Shown here: positions 49,799-59,543 of the stretch, in pieces | Numbering within the stretch: the stretch's first letter is position 1 | How the letters are laid out: every line of letters starts with the position of its first letter | Origin: a bacterium | Lineage (GTDB): Bacteria; Patescibacteriota; Patescibacteriia; UBA10025 | NCBI GenBank assembly: GCA_021815445.1 | Contig: JAKAGM010000001.1 | Location: 659,710 to 723,709 of the forward strand | Length of the DNA stretch: 64,000 nucleotides | Reading direction: 5' to 3' | The notes under the pieces: generated by a model | The model's input: the letters and a program-made list of their open reading frames with translations, nothing else | Told to the model about the DNA's origin: nothing | Database searches by the model: none | Position numbers and translations under genes: made by a program

Positions 49799-50773
49799 AT
49801 GACGGAGTTTCTTCCCTTATTTCAAAGCATCAAAAACCACCTTAAAGGAGCAGAACGTGTGCTTATCATAGCCCACCAAAAGCCCGACGGTGACGCGCTG
49901 GGTGCGGCATTGGCCCTTTCGCATTACCTTGATTACCTGAAGATACCGCACGTCTGTTTCTGCAAAGATCAGGTACCCCAACAGTTCTTTTTTATGCCGT
50001 CAGTCGGGAGGTTTACTCATGACCACGAGGCCGCGCGACGCGACAGTTTTGACGTGATATGTGTCGTGGATTCCGGAGACCTGGTGTATGCCGGCGCGGA
50101 AGAACTCGTTAATACCCACTCGGCCCGAAACGCCGTCATTTTAAATATCGACCATCACCCGACGAATACGAATTTTGGCCATTGTAACCTGGTCCACGAT
50201 ACGGCATCCTCAACATCTGAAATTATTTTCCACTTCCTTGACCATCAGCGCTACCCGATATCCCAGGAAACGGCTACTTGCCTTCTGACGGGTATTCTCA
50301 CTGATACTGGGATTTTTTCCAACCTTGCGACAACCCCGTCATCTCTGGAGGTTGCCTCGCGGCTCTTTGCATACGGCGCCCGGGTCAAAGACATCATGCG
50401 TTATACGATGCGCAACATGTCATTGGTGAACCTCCAGCTGTGGGGCAGGGCGCTCTCCCGGCTCAAAGAAGACGCGGAATCCGGCATCGTAACTACAGTG
50501 ATCACCAGGGCTGATTTTGACGAACTCGGTATCACGGAAGACGGTACTGAAGGAATAGCGAATTTCCTGAATAATCTCGGCCAGGCGCGAATGGTGATGG
50601 TGCTCAAAGAGTTCGAGCAGGGCAAGATCAAGGCCTCTTTGAGGACGACGCACGCCGATGTAGACGTCTCGAAGCTAGCCCAGGCATTCGGCGGAGGAGG
50701 GCATAAAAAAGCCGCGGGATTCACCATTGAGGGCGCGCTCAAAGAGACTGAGACCGGCTGGGAAGTAGTCTAG
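49799..50773 (+). CDS. nrnA: DHH-family oligoribonuclease/pAp phosphatase
   Basis: HQKPDGDALG, IDHH, TDTG, GGGGHKKAAG. Confidence 0.9.
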   Translation: MTEFLPLFQSIKNHLKGAERVLIIAHQKPDGDALGAALALSHYLDYLKIPHVCFCKDQVPQQFFFMPSVGRFTHDHEAARRDSFDVICVVDSGDLVYAGAEELVNTHSARNAVILNIDHHPTNTNFGHCNLVHDTASSTSEIIFHFLDHQRYPISQETATCLLTGILTDTGIFSNLATTPSSLEVASRLFAYGARVKDIMRYTMRNMSLVNLQLWGRALSRLKEDAESGIVTTVITRADFDELGITEDGTEGIANFLNNLGQARMVMVLKEFEQGKIKASLRTTHADVDVSKLAQAFGGGGHKKAAGFTIEGALKETETGWEVV

Positions 50774-50839
50774 CGCACTTGACGACCGTTGCGGGAGAGC
50801 ACTATCATCAAAGGCGCGCTCTATATAAACCCTAAACCT

Positions 50840-51436
50840 ATGAATGAGACATCATCAATGTATCTAATCCCCACGGTGATTGAAAAATCCCAGTTTGGCG
50901 AGCGGGCTTATGACATCTATTCCCGCCTTTTAAAGGATCGAATTATCTTCCTTGGAAGCCCGATAGACGACGGTGTCGCCAACACCGTCATCGCCCAGCT
51001 GCTTCTGCTTGATTCCCAGGACAAAAACAAGGACATTAAACTCTACATCAACTCTCCCGGCGGTTCTGTCACCGCGGGAATGGCAATCTACGACACGATG
51101 CAGTACGTGAAATCTGATGTCATCACCATTTGCATCGGCCTCGCCGCGTCGATGGCCGCGACATTGCTTGCTTCTGGGGCAAAGGGCAAGCGTTTTGTCC
51201 TCCCAAACTCCGAGGTGATGATCCATCAGGTCATGGGGGGCGCCGAGGGCCAGGCGACAGACATTAAGATCCGAGCTGAACATATTTTGAAGATACGCGA
51301 CCGCCTCAACCAGATCCTCGCCAAACATACAGGCCAATCCATTAAGAAAATTGAAGTAGACACGGACAGGGACTTTTTTATGTCGGCTGATGAAGCGAAA
51401 AAATACGGCATTGTAGACAAGATTATCCAACAATAA
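50840..51436 (+). CDS. clpP: ATP-dependent Clp protease proteolytic subunit
   Basis: [30 protein letters not shown]. Start is 50840 or 50858. Confidence 0.97.
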   Translation: MNETSSMYLIPTVIEKSQFGERAYDIYSRLLKDRIIFLGSPIDDGVANTVIAQLLLLDSQDKNKDIKLYINSPGGSVTAGMAIYDTMQYVKSDVITICIGLAASMAATLLASGAKGKRFVLPNSEVMIHQVMGGAEGQATDIKIRAEHILKIRDRLNQILAKHTGQSIKKIEVDTDRDFFMSADEAKKYGIVDKIIQQ

Positions 51437-51545
51437 TACTGCGGAATAAAAAATACACTACCCCGCAGCTCTTGCTGGTGGTTCCTGTTTGGCTGTCTTA
51501 AACACAACTGGTTTTAAATAATACTGGAATAGCTTTTTCCCCATG

Positions 51546-51675
51546 CGCGGCGCACTGCCTGAGGCCGGCGACGGAACAAGGATATAAACCAAACGGCCGA
51601 GTTTGCGCCGCGACGTCCTTTCTTTTCTCTCCACTTTTCTTTGGACGAGCAAAGAAAAGTGGAGCCTCCGGAGGA
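51546..51675. repeat. Structured intergenic repeat, copy 1
   Basis: Shares cttttctctccacttttctttggacgagcaaagaaaagtggagc and the upstream stem with 61016-61193. Confidence 0.85.
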
Positions 51676-51952
51676 AAACATTGGTTGGGAAAGAGTGGAT
51701 TGGGCACATAACGTAATCACCTCCTTTTTTCTAAAAATCGGGCGCTTATTTAGCGTACAACCTCCACCCCAATCGAACACGCCCGTCATAAAAGCATGGT
51801 TTTTACAGGGATTGAAGAACCATTAAATCAAAAACTTTTTGTTATTCATCGAAGTTCAAGGCCCTTCCCTTGCGTTCGGCGGACACATGTGTTACACTGT
51901 TATAGACTCAATTTTTTCTAACCCATGAGTCGTATGATAGAAACTTCAACCT

Positions 51953-53488
51953 ATGTCACCCGAAAATTTTATCTGGGTCATTTTGACCTTCGTGGGGTTA
52001 CCCGGAGGTATGATTGTTGGGTATTTCGCCCGAAAAGTCTGGGCAGCCAAACAAATCAATACCGCCGAGGCTAGACTCCAACAGCTCACCCAAGAAACAA
52101 AAAATAAGCAAAAAGAAATCCTCCTGCACGCCAAAGAGCAGGCTGTTCAGGTTGTCGAAGATGCGAAGCGGGAAGAGCAGGAGCGTCGCAGGGAAATCAC
52201 GTCTTTGCAGTCACGCCTTGAGAAGCGTGAAACGCTCTTTGACCAGAAGCTCATAGATCTGGAAAATCGCCAGCAAAGGCTGCAGGACAAGGCGCAGGAG
52301 ATAGATGGGATTAAAAAAGAGATAGGAGTCATTAAGGAAAAACAAATAGAAAAGCTCCAGAAAGTAGCCGAGTTGAGCCGTGAAGAAGCGCAGAAAGTAT
52401 TGATAGAAAACGTCGAAACAAGCGTCAAGGATGATCTCGTGCTCCGAGTGAAACGGATTGAAAAAGAGGGCTCTGAAGCATATGAAAAGAAGGCGCGCGA
52501 ACTGATCAGCACTGCCATGCAGCGCTGGGCGTCGTCGCATGCCGCTGAAACGACAACTACAGTCGTCACGCTCCCGTCTGATGAAATGAAGGGACGCATT
52601 ATCGGCCGTGAAGGGCGTAATATCAAAACTATCGAACAGCTTACCGGAGTCGAAATTATTGTTGACGACACACCGGAATCAATCTTGGTATCCGGTTTTA
52701 GCCCTATCCGCCGCCATCTGGCAAAACGCGCTCTCGAGAAGCTCATCCAGGACGGCAGAATCCACCCGGGAAGGATAGAAGAGGCCATAGACCAGGCAAA
52801 AAAAGAGCTCGCGCGCGATATCAGGGAAGCGGGCGAAGAAGCGGCGTATGAGGTGGGAGTTCCTGGCCTGGATCCTAAACTTCTCCAAATACTCGGCCGC
52901 TTAAAATACCGCACCAGTTACGGCCAAAACCAGCTTCGGCACTCGATAGAAGTCGCCAACCTGGCCACAATGATTGCCGAGGAGCTCGGCGCGAATGTCG
53001 CTGTGGCGAAAAAAGGCGGCCTTTTCCATGATATCGGCAAAGCTGTCGACCATGAGATACAGGGCTCTCACACGGAAATCGGCTATGACATTTTGAAACG
53101 CAAATTTAACTTTCCCGAAGAGATTGCCTACATCTGCATCGGCCACCATGAGGATGCGCCCAAGACCCTTGAGGCTATAATCGTTAAAGTTGCTGACGCG
53201 ATCTCAGGGGCGCGACCAGGCGCACGCAAAGACACGTACGAACAATATGTACAGCGCCTCGAAGAGCTTGAAACTATTGCAAAGAGCTTCGAAGGCGTAG
53301 AGAAAACGTACGCGATCCAGGCAGGCCGCGAGGTGCGCGTCTTCGTTACCCCCGACAAAATTGATGACTGGGGCGCCGTTAAACTGGCTAAATCTGTGGC
53401 TGAAAAGATACAGCAGGAGCTGAAATACCCGGGGGAAATCAAGGTAACGGTCATTAGAGAAAAACGCGTCGTCGAATACGCCAGGTAA
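51953..53488 (+). CDS. rny: Ribonuclease Y
   Basis: TM helix, coiled coil, KH (MKGRIIGREGRNI), HD (HDIGKA). Confidence 0.97.
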   Translation: MSPENFIWVILTFVGLPGGMIVGYFARKVWAAKQINTAEARLQQLTQETKNKQKEILLHAKEQAVQVVEDAKREEQERRREITSLQSRLEKRETLFDQKLIDLENRQQRLQDKAQEIDGIKKEIGVIKEKQIEKLQKVAELSREEAQKVLIENVETSVKDDLVLRVKRIEKEGSEAYEKKARELISTAMQRWASSHAAETTTTVVTLPSDEMKGRIIGREGRNIKTIEQLTGVEIIVDDTPESILVSGFSPIRRHLAKRALEKLIQDGRIHPGRIEEAIDQAKKELARDIREAGEEAAYEVGVPGLDPKLLQILGRLKYRTSYGQNQLRHSIEVANLATMIAEELGANVAVAKKGGLFHDIGKAVDHEIQGSHTEIGYDILKRKFNFPEEIAYICIGHHEDAPKTLEAIIVKVADAISGARPGARKDTYEQYVQRLEELETIAKSFEGVEKTYAIQAGREVRVFVTPDKIDDWGAVKLAKSVAEKIQQELKYPGEIKVTVIREKRVVEYAR

Positions 53489-53503
53489 GTGGAACGCTTG
53501 CCC

Positions 53504-54298
53504 ATGAACATTCTCTTTATCGGCGACATTGTCGGCAAATCAGGCCGAAGGACTGTCGCGAAAATCCTTCCTGACCTGCGAAAGGAGCTTGACGCGGACC
53601 TCGTCATCGCCAATGTCGAGAACATTGCGCATGGTACCGGCATCACTAAAAGTACGCTTGAAGAGATGAAGTCGGCCGGGGTTGACGCGTTCACTTCGGG
53701 CAACCATGTTTGGGCAAAGCCCGAGGTTTTGGATATCTTTGCGGAAAAAAATTACCAGCTTATCCGCCCGGCAAACTTTCCTGAAGGGTCTCCCGGCACA
53801 GGATCATTGACGCTCCGTGTAGGGGCCAGAACACTCCTCCTGGTGAACCTGCAAGGAAGAGTCTTTATGACGCAGGATTTGACCGACCCCTTTCGCGGTC
53901 TCGATGGGATATTGGCGGAATATAAAGCAAAAAAGCCCGATGCGGTCATTGTGGATCTGCACGCTGAGGCCACGTCCGAGAAGGTTGCTTTTGGCTTTTG
54001 GGCCGACAGCCGGGTCGCGGCAGTCGTCGGCACCCACACGCATGTCGGCACGGCTGACGCGAAAATCCTGCCCCAAGGCACTGCCTATGTCACCGACATC
54101 GGCATGGTGGGCCCCAGAGATTCAGTAATCGGAGTGGATAAGGATGTTATTATCAAGCAATTCCTTACTCAACAGCCCTCCCGGCACGAGATCCCCGATG
54201 GGGGAGTACAAACATTTAACGCCGTGCTGATAAAGATAGACCCGGCGAAGCATCTCGCAACAAGTATTGAGCGTATTGATAGGGAAACGGAAATATAA
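53504..54298 (+). CDS. ymdB: YmdB-family metallophosphoesterase (TIGR00282)
   Basis: GDIVG, TSGNH, DLHAEATSEK, GTHTHV; downstream of rny. Confidence 0.93.
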   Translation: MNILFIGDIVGKSGRRTVAKILPDLRKELDADLVIANVENIAHGTGITKSTLEEMKSAGVDAFTSGNHVWAKPEVLDIFAEKNYQLIRPANFPEGSPGTGSLTLRVGARTLLLVNLQGRVFMTQDLTDPFRGLDGILAEYKAKKPDAVIVDLHAEATSEKVAFGFWADSRVAAVVGTHTHVGTADAKILPQGTAYVTDIGMVGPRDSVIGVDKDVIIKQFLTQQPSRHEIPDGGVQTFNAVLIKIDPAKHLATSIERIDRETEI

Positions 54299-54338
54299 TA
54301 TACTAGAGACTGCTAAAAAACTATAACCTCTTATACCT

Positions 54339-54620
54339 ATGAATAAAGCGGAACTCATCGACGCAATAGCTACTAAAACAGGTGTAGCCAAAAAACAGGC
54401 TGAGGATATGCTCGAGGCCTTCACGGAGATTGTCACTGCGACGCTCAAAAGCAAGGGCGAAGTGACGCTCACCGGCTTCGGGACATTTATGTCCAAAGAG
54501 CGTTCAGCACGAACTGGAGTAAACCCCCAGAATCCAACTGAGAAGATACAGATTGCCGCCGTTACCATCCCTAAGTTCAAGTCTGGGAAAGCCCTCAAGG
54601 ACGCGCTTAAGGGGATTTAA
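54339..54620 (+). CDS. hup: DNA-binding protein HU
   Basis: MNKAELIDAIA, GFGTF, RTGVNPQ, PKFKSGKALKD. Confidence 0.96.
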   Translation: MNKAELIDAIATKTGVAKKQAEDMLEAFTEIVTATLKSKGEVTLTGFGTFMSKERSARTGVNPQNPTEKIQIAAVTIPKFKSGKALKDALKGI

Positions 54621-54640
54621 TAACATCATACACTAAGAAG

Positions 54641-54665
54641 ATGGGATCACCCGATCCCATTTTTT
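54641..54665 (+). terminator. Intrinsic terminator
   Basis: atgggatc-accc-gatcccat followed by a T run. Confidence 0.75.
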
Positions 54666-54790
54666 AGTTTTAGAAACACCCTTGACGACCCCCTACCCTG
54701 TCATGGTAAGGTTGCAAACCGAAATCTCTTTTTGCACTTTCAACCCGCCTTATCCTTGATTGGATAAGGACAATCCGGAGGGAGTAGTCT

Positions 54791-55132
54791 ATGTTCACGT
54801 TGTTTCCGAAGTATCTCAACGTCGGATCGCGGGGCCCAGCCGTCCTTTGGTTACAGCAGTTGCTGTATGCTCTGGATTTCTGTGCTGATTGCCTCCCTTG
54901 TGATGGTGAGTACGACACTGTCACTGCCAAGAACGTTGAGATGCTACAGCGTTTGCTCGGAGTCACCCCCGATGGCAACTTCGGCCCAGAGACCCGTGCC
55001 GCCCTGAAGGCACACATGAAAATCGATGTTGAGGCGATTCACTTCGCAGCAACTTTCTACATCGCACCCAACGGCCCCGGAGTTCATCCGGCCATGCCCG
55101 AGGGAGATCACGTTAACTCAAGCGGCGAATAA
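54791..55132 (+). CDS. Peptidoglycan-binding domain protein
   Basis: GSRGPAVLWLQQLL...DGEYD...DGNFGPETRAAL. Confidence 0.82.
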   Translation: MFTLFPKYLNVGSRGPAVLWLQQLLYALDFCADCLPCDGEYDTVTAKNVEMLQRLLGVTPDGNFGPETRAALKAHMKIDVEAIHFAATFYIAPNGPGVHPAMPEGDHVNSSGE

Positions 55133-55322
55133 CCGTTCCCCCGTCCTTCCTACCGGCCACCCCAAACACATCCACGCGGTGTACATGGGGTGGCCGTTTT
55201 TCTTATGTAATGTAAATTACTTTGGCGAACTGCGGCCTAGTGGAGGACGGCGAAATCATGTCATGAAAAACGAACACGGGTGAGGGGGGGTATCCTGAGT
55301 TGATACTGAAACTTCGGATCGA

Positions 55323-56141
55323 CTATTGACGGCGTACGCTGTACGGCGTACGCACGCAAGTATCAAGTTTGCGATGCACATATGACACCATCGTGAGAAG
55401 ATCAATCGCATCCCTTTCCTCAAGCTTCCAGACTATTTTTGGCGCATGTGCGTGGGGATTTCGGAAGGCTCCAAAAATGCCTTTGAGTAGGTTTACGAAG
55501 CCTTTCTGTTCCGACTGCTCACTTTCCAATTCAAGCCTGTTTAGAGCGAGAAGGGGCTGATTTATCGAGAACGCCTCATCGAACAATGTTGCCCCGTCGG
55601 TACTCAGGCCAGTCATAGACCTGATCCGTTCCGTGATACCCTTCGCGGCTTCCAAGACAGCATGGAAGTAATTGTTCTGGATCAGTTCTGAGCGGCAGTA
55701 CTTTAGTACTTCCGCATGTACTTCTCTACCTTGCAATTTGTAACGTAGGGATTTGGCTTTTTCTTCGGCTTCCTCCAGCGTGGCCGCCTTGGGTATTTGG
55801 CTAAATCGGCCATGCTTACCGAGCGACAGTCCGTAAAACGATAACACTTTGTTGAGATCGGATCGCGACGCTTCGAAAAATTCAGGATTTCCCACAAAGC
55901 GAACGGGATCCATGACAACCATAATGAACCGGCAGACTGCATTCGCGCAATGGTCTGAAAGCTGCTGCGCAACAAGCGTGGATCGTATTCTTCTCCACTT
56001 GGTGCTAGATTCAGCCTCTTGCTCCACAATCTTGCACTGAGTCAACAAGGGTCCAATCTCGGCGCCGGTCACAGCCTCGCCGAGGACTCTAGCGATCTGC
56101 TCAATAGCGGATGTGGGAAAGGATGGTATCGTCGACCCCAT
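55323..56141 (-). CDS. TIGR02391 (Ymh-like) family protein
   Basis: TKWRRI, NYFHAVLEAAK, DGATL, SEQKGF, FRNPHAH. Confidence 0.85.
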   Translation of the reverse strand: MGSTIPSFPTSAIEQIARVLGEAVTGAEIGPLLTQCKIVEQEAESSTKWRRIRSTLVAQQLSDHCANAVCRFIMVVMDPVRFVGNPEFFEASRSDLNKVLSFYGLSLGKHGRFSQIPKAATLEEAEEKAKSLRYKLQGREVHAEVLKYCRSELIQNNYFHAVLEAAKGITERIRSMTGLSTDGATLFDEAFSINQPLLALNRLELESEQSEQKGFVNLLKGIFGAFRNPHAHAPKIVWKLEERDAIDLLTMVSYVHRKLDTCVRTPYSVRRQ

Positions 56142-56193
56142 GATGTTTTTGCGAAAGAGAAATGGCGAAGTAGTCAATACTCTTCCTGCCCCA

Positions 56194-56265
56194 TGGGTCG
56201 TGGAGGACTCGAACCTCCAACCTTAGGCTTAAGAGGCCTCTGCTCTACCATTGAGCTAACGACCC
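56194..56265 (-). tRNA. tRNA-Lys(CTT)
   Basis: gggtcgt/acgaccc acceptor stem, ctCTTaa loop, ggagg-ttcgagt-cctcc. Confidence 0.93.
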
Positions 56266-56304
56266 ATGGGGCAGGAAGAAATATCACCGACTCAGAGACT
56301 GTAA

Positions 56305-56562
56305 TTAATTAGGATTGTTGCCTTGAATGATTTTCTTAATACTATTATGTTTCTTGAGTGATTTCAAGTACCGCTCTCGCAAGTAAGCTTGCTGTATTGT
56401 ATCAAATTCTTCGATATGAGCTAGCCTCCATGGACGACGCGATTTTGTTGAGAGAGAGTAACCTGCCTGGTGTTCTCGAAAACGCCGCTTCGGGTTGTTT
56501 GAAACACCAATATAATAGGAACCATCATTCTGGCTCTCCAAAACGTACAAATAATGTTTCAT
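56305..56562 (-). CDS. Small GIY-YIG nuclease (85 aa)
   Basis: YLYVL...YYIGVS...RRFREHQ...TKSRRPW...AYLRERYLKS. Start reassigned to MKHYLY. Confidence 0.92.
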   Translation of the reverse strand: MKHYLYVLESQNDGSYYIGVSNNPKRRFREHQAGYSLSTKSRRPWRLAHIEEFDTIQQAYLRERYLKSLKKHNSIKKIIQGNNPN

Positions 56563-56564
56563 AT

Positions 56565-56694
56565 CAACCTTGGGTCCCGGCCCCGCTTCCGGCGGGGCCG
56601 AGGATCCTCGATGCCGGAACGGCATCGGGACTTAAGAGGCCCCTGCTCTACCATTGAGCTAACGACCCATGGCACAGGAAGAAATATCACCGAC
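56565..56694 (-). pseudogene. Duplicated tRNA-Lys leader and 5' half, interrupted by a 56-nt hairpin insert (56575-56630)
   Basis: 56631-56694 matches 56228-56291 at 61/64; 56565-56574 matches 56218-56227 at 9/10. Confidence 0.88.
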
Positions 56695-56767
56695 CGGCAC
56701 ATAGCAACGAAATGGCTCGTGTAGAATGATTGTTGTATAAAAAAACTTCTTCGTCAAGGAATGACTA

Positions 56768-56865
56768 CTTGCGCCCGGAGGGAGTCGAGTCCTGGGCAGC
56801 GCCAGATGCTTCGCTTGCTCGCATCTGTCGACGCTCACTTCGTTTCGCTTCTGCCCTTCGACTCC
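56768..56865 (-). repeat. Duplicated tRNA-Arg 3' end joined to a branched hairpin
   Basis: 56768-56788 is identical to 56921-56941 (21 nt); stems ggagtcga/tcgactcc, gggcag/ctgccc and cagatgc/gcatctg. Confidence 0.8.
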
Positions 56866-56922
56866 TCGGCTATTTGGAAAGAGAAACCTTTAAGAAACAG
56901 TAAAGTAGCTATGAGCAATTCT

Positions 56923-56995
56923 TGCGCCCGGAGGGAGTCGAACCCCCAACCCCATGGTCCGAAGCCATGTACTCTATCCATTGAGCTACGGGCGC
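56923..56995 (-). tRNA. tRNA-Arg(TCG)
   Basis: gcgcccg/cgggcgc acceptor stem; catgg-ctTCGga-ccatg. Confidence 0.92.
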
Positions 56996-57177
56996 ATAAC
57001 TGAAACTGCCGCCATAGTGTAACAATCATCGTACCAAATTTCAAGCTTTAATCTGCTAGAATAATCTTCCAGTCAAACTTTGCGGAACATCACCCCTGCC
57101 TTATCCACATGCTTCGTTATCGCTAAGCTTTGTGGTATACTTTCACCTGTTATTATTTTTTTCACATTGAGAACTCT

Positions 57178-58200
57178 ATGCCAAAAGTTACGAAAAAATC
57201 CTTGCTTCGGGAAACCATTGAACACATTAACATAAAGAAACTCAACGCCAAGCCGTTGATAAGTGCGTATAGCAAAATGTCATTTTCCGCACGCGACCTG
57301 GCGCGGGCGACGGAGATTTACAACATGATGCTTGCCGACAAGTCAGCTTCGGTTTGGCTCACCCTGGCCGGCTCCACCAGTGCCGCCGGCTGTATGCAGG
57401 TCTATGTGGACATGGTAAAAAACAACATGATTGACGCCATTGTCGCTACCGGCGCCTCTATCGTCGATATGGACTTTTTTGAGGCGCTCGGCTTTAAGCA
57501 CTATCGCGGCACGCCATTTATCGACGACGGCCTTTTGCGCTCGCTCTACATTGACCGCATTTACGACACGTTTATTAATGAGGAGGACTTGCAGGTTTGC
57601 GACCAGACTATCGCAAAAATCGCCGACTCGCTTGAGCCGCGGCCGTACTCGTCGCGGGAATTCATCTGGGAAATGGGTAGGTACCTTGCCAAACATTCTA
57701 AGAAAAAAGATTCCCTGGTCCAGGCGTGTTATGAGCATAACGTCCCGATTTTCTGTCCGGCCTTCTCCGATTCTTCGGCAGGATTCGGTATCGTGTACCA
57801 CCAATGGCATCACCGCGATAGCCACGTGTCGATTGATTCAGCTAAGGACTTCCTCGAGCTGACCATGGTCAAGATGAAAAGCAAACAAACCGGCCTGCTG
57901 ATGATCGGCGGCGGCGTGCCAAAAAACTTCGCCCAGGACACCGTAGTCTGCGCGGAAATCCTCGGCAAAGAAGCTCCGGTGCACAAGTATGCTGTGCAAA
58001 TTACTGTTGCTGATGTCCGAGACGGCGCCTGCTCGTCTTCAACACTGAAAGAAGCCAGCTCCTGGGGCAAAGTCAGTACTGTCCATGAGCAGATGGTGTT
58101 CGCCGAGGCGACAATGGCGCTGCCGCTGCTGGCGGCTGACGCCTACCAAACAGGCCACTGGAAAACCAGGAAAAAGCACAACCTGGCAAAGATTTTTTAA
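57178..58200 (+). CDS. Deoxyhypusine synthase-like protein (probable homospermidine synthase)
   Basis: PIFCPAFSDS, IGGGVPKNF, DGACSSSTLKEASSWGKV. Start reassigned to MPKVTK. Confidence 0.9.
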   Translation: MPKVTKKSLLRETIEHINIKKLNAKPLISAYSKMSFSARDLARATEIYNMMLADKSASVWLTLAGSTSAAGCMQVYVDMVKNNMIDAIVATGASIVDMDFFEALGFKHYRGTPFIDDGLLRSLYIDRIYDTFINEEDLQVCDQTIAKIADSLEPRPYSSREFIWEMGRYLAKHSKKKDSLVQACYEHNVPIFCPAFSDSSAGFGIVYHQWHHRDSHVSIDSAKDFLELTMVKMKSKQTGLLMIGGGVPKNFAQDTVVCAEILGKEAPVHKYAVQITVADVRDGACSSSTLKEASSWGKVSTVHEQMVFAEATMALPLLAADAYQTGHWKTRKKHNLAKIF

Positions 58201-58326
58201 CTTCATATCAGCGCGATCCGCTCGATCTTAGCAGCTTGTTGAACAGAGGGCCTGATATCCTGTAATAACAATCCGACCCCGCATATTCTGCGGGGCCGAA
58301 TTTTTTTGTTTTTTATCTCTCAGAGA

Positions 58327-59376
58327 CTAAAGCGTTTGGGGAGTCGACATGTACATACGCGCCGTCTCCTTCTCGATGAGTCCCTGATCGAATAATCGTT
58401 TAATGTCCTGATCCATGGTGACCATCCCCTCTTCTCCGGACGTCTGAATGGTGGTCTTGATCTGCGCTACCTTGTTTTCACGGATCAAGTTCGCGATTGC
58501 CGGTGTATTAATAAGAATTTCACGCGTCGCGATACGCCCTCCGCCTTTGCGAGGCAGCAGTTGCTGGGAAATAATGCCTTTTAAGAACATGGAAAGCTGG
58601 AGACGTACCTGTGATTGCTGGTAGGGAGGAAAAACGTCAATGATACGGTCGACAGTCTGTCCCGCATTGAACGTATGTAAAGTGGCAAGCACCAAATGGC
58701 CTGTTTCTGCGAGCGTTATTGTCGCCGCGATAGTCTCGAGATCGCGCATCTCACCGACGAGAATGACATTGGGATCCTGGCGCAAGACGTGTTTCAAGGC
58801 CTGGGCAAATGAGAGCATGTCGGTACCAAGCTGTCGCTGTTTGATAATGGCTTTGATGCTCGGATCGTTTTCGTAGATAAATTCAATGGGATCCTCAAGC
58901 GTGATGATGTGCACCGCACGTTCATGGGCTATCATGTTGATCATTGCGGCAAGAGACGTCGATTTGCCGCATCCTGTCGGACCGGTGACGAGCACTAACC
59001 CTTGCTTGAGACGCAAGAGATCATACACGATATTCGGCATCATCAGTTCTTCCAGCGTCGGGATAGTCTGTGAAATAATACGCGCGACAAGACCGGGGTG
59101 GTTGCGTTCCCAGTGGCAGTTGATGCGAAACCGGGACAGCCCGTTGATTTCGTGCGAAATATCAAGCTCGCGTTCGTTGAGATATATGGCTTTTTGGCGC
59201 TCGCTCATGAGCGAAAAGATCATCTCTGCCGCCTCTTTATCGCTTAGCTCGGGCAGCTTTTCATACTCGGTAAGGACCCCGTCAATACGAAAAATAGGCC
59301 TGCGTCCGACGACAAGGTGGATGTCCGAAGCGCCCCGGCCTACAGCTTCCTTAAAAATTGCGTCTATTTTTGTCAT
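58327..59376 (-). CDS. pilT: Type IV pilus retraction ATPase
   Basis: ASDIHL, GPTGCGKST, EDPIE, LRQDPNVILVGEMRD, ETGHLVLATLH, AIANLIRE. Confidence 0.95.
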   Translation of the reverse strand: MTKIDAIFKEAVGRGASDIHLVVGRRPIFRIDGVLTEYEKLPELSDKEAAEMIFSLMSERQKAIYLNERELDISHEINGLSRFRINCHWERNHPGLVARIISQTIPTLEELMMPNIVYDLLRLKQGLVLVTGPTGCGKSTSLAAMINMIAHERAVHIITLEDPIEFIYENDPSIKAIIKQRQLGTDMLSFAQALKHVLRQDPNVILVGEMRDLETIAATITLAETGHLVLATLHTFNAGQTVDRIIDVFPPYQQSQVRLQLSMFLKGIISQQLLPRKGGGRIATREILINTPAIANLIRENKVAQIKTTIQTSGEEGMVTMDQDIKRLFDQGLIEKETARMYMSTPQTL

Positions 59377-59543
59377 ATCCCATGAGACGTAAAAGTCGTT
59401 TTACCATCTTAAGCGACAGAAACGTTGTCTTCTTACTTCCGTAGTAGACACTGTTGCCAAAAGTCGCGAAGGCGATTGACGAGGTGGCAAATGATTTTGT
59501 TGTTCTCATCGTTTTTTGTTTTATTTTTTTACTTTCTGTAACC

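Noticed and set aside
56575-56630. tRNA intron
   Set aside because: The interrupted copy lacks the T-arm and acceptor 3' strand, the insert is in the stem rather than the loop, and it is far too short for a group I intron.
57101-57109. Perfect DnaA box TTATCCACA
   Set aside because: A single copy with no cluster; not enough to call oriC.
57178-58200. Bacterial hypusination pathway
   Set aside because: Bacterial DHS-like proteins are generally homospermidine synthases, and no eIF5A/EF-P or DOHH gene is adjacent.
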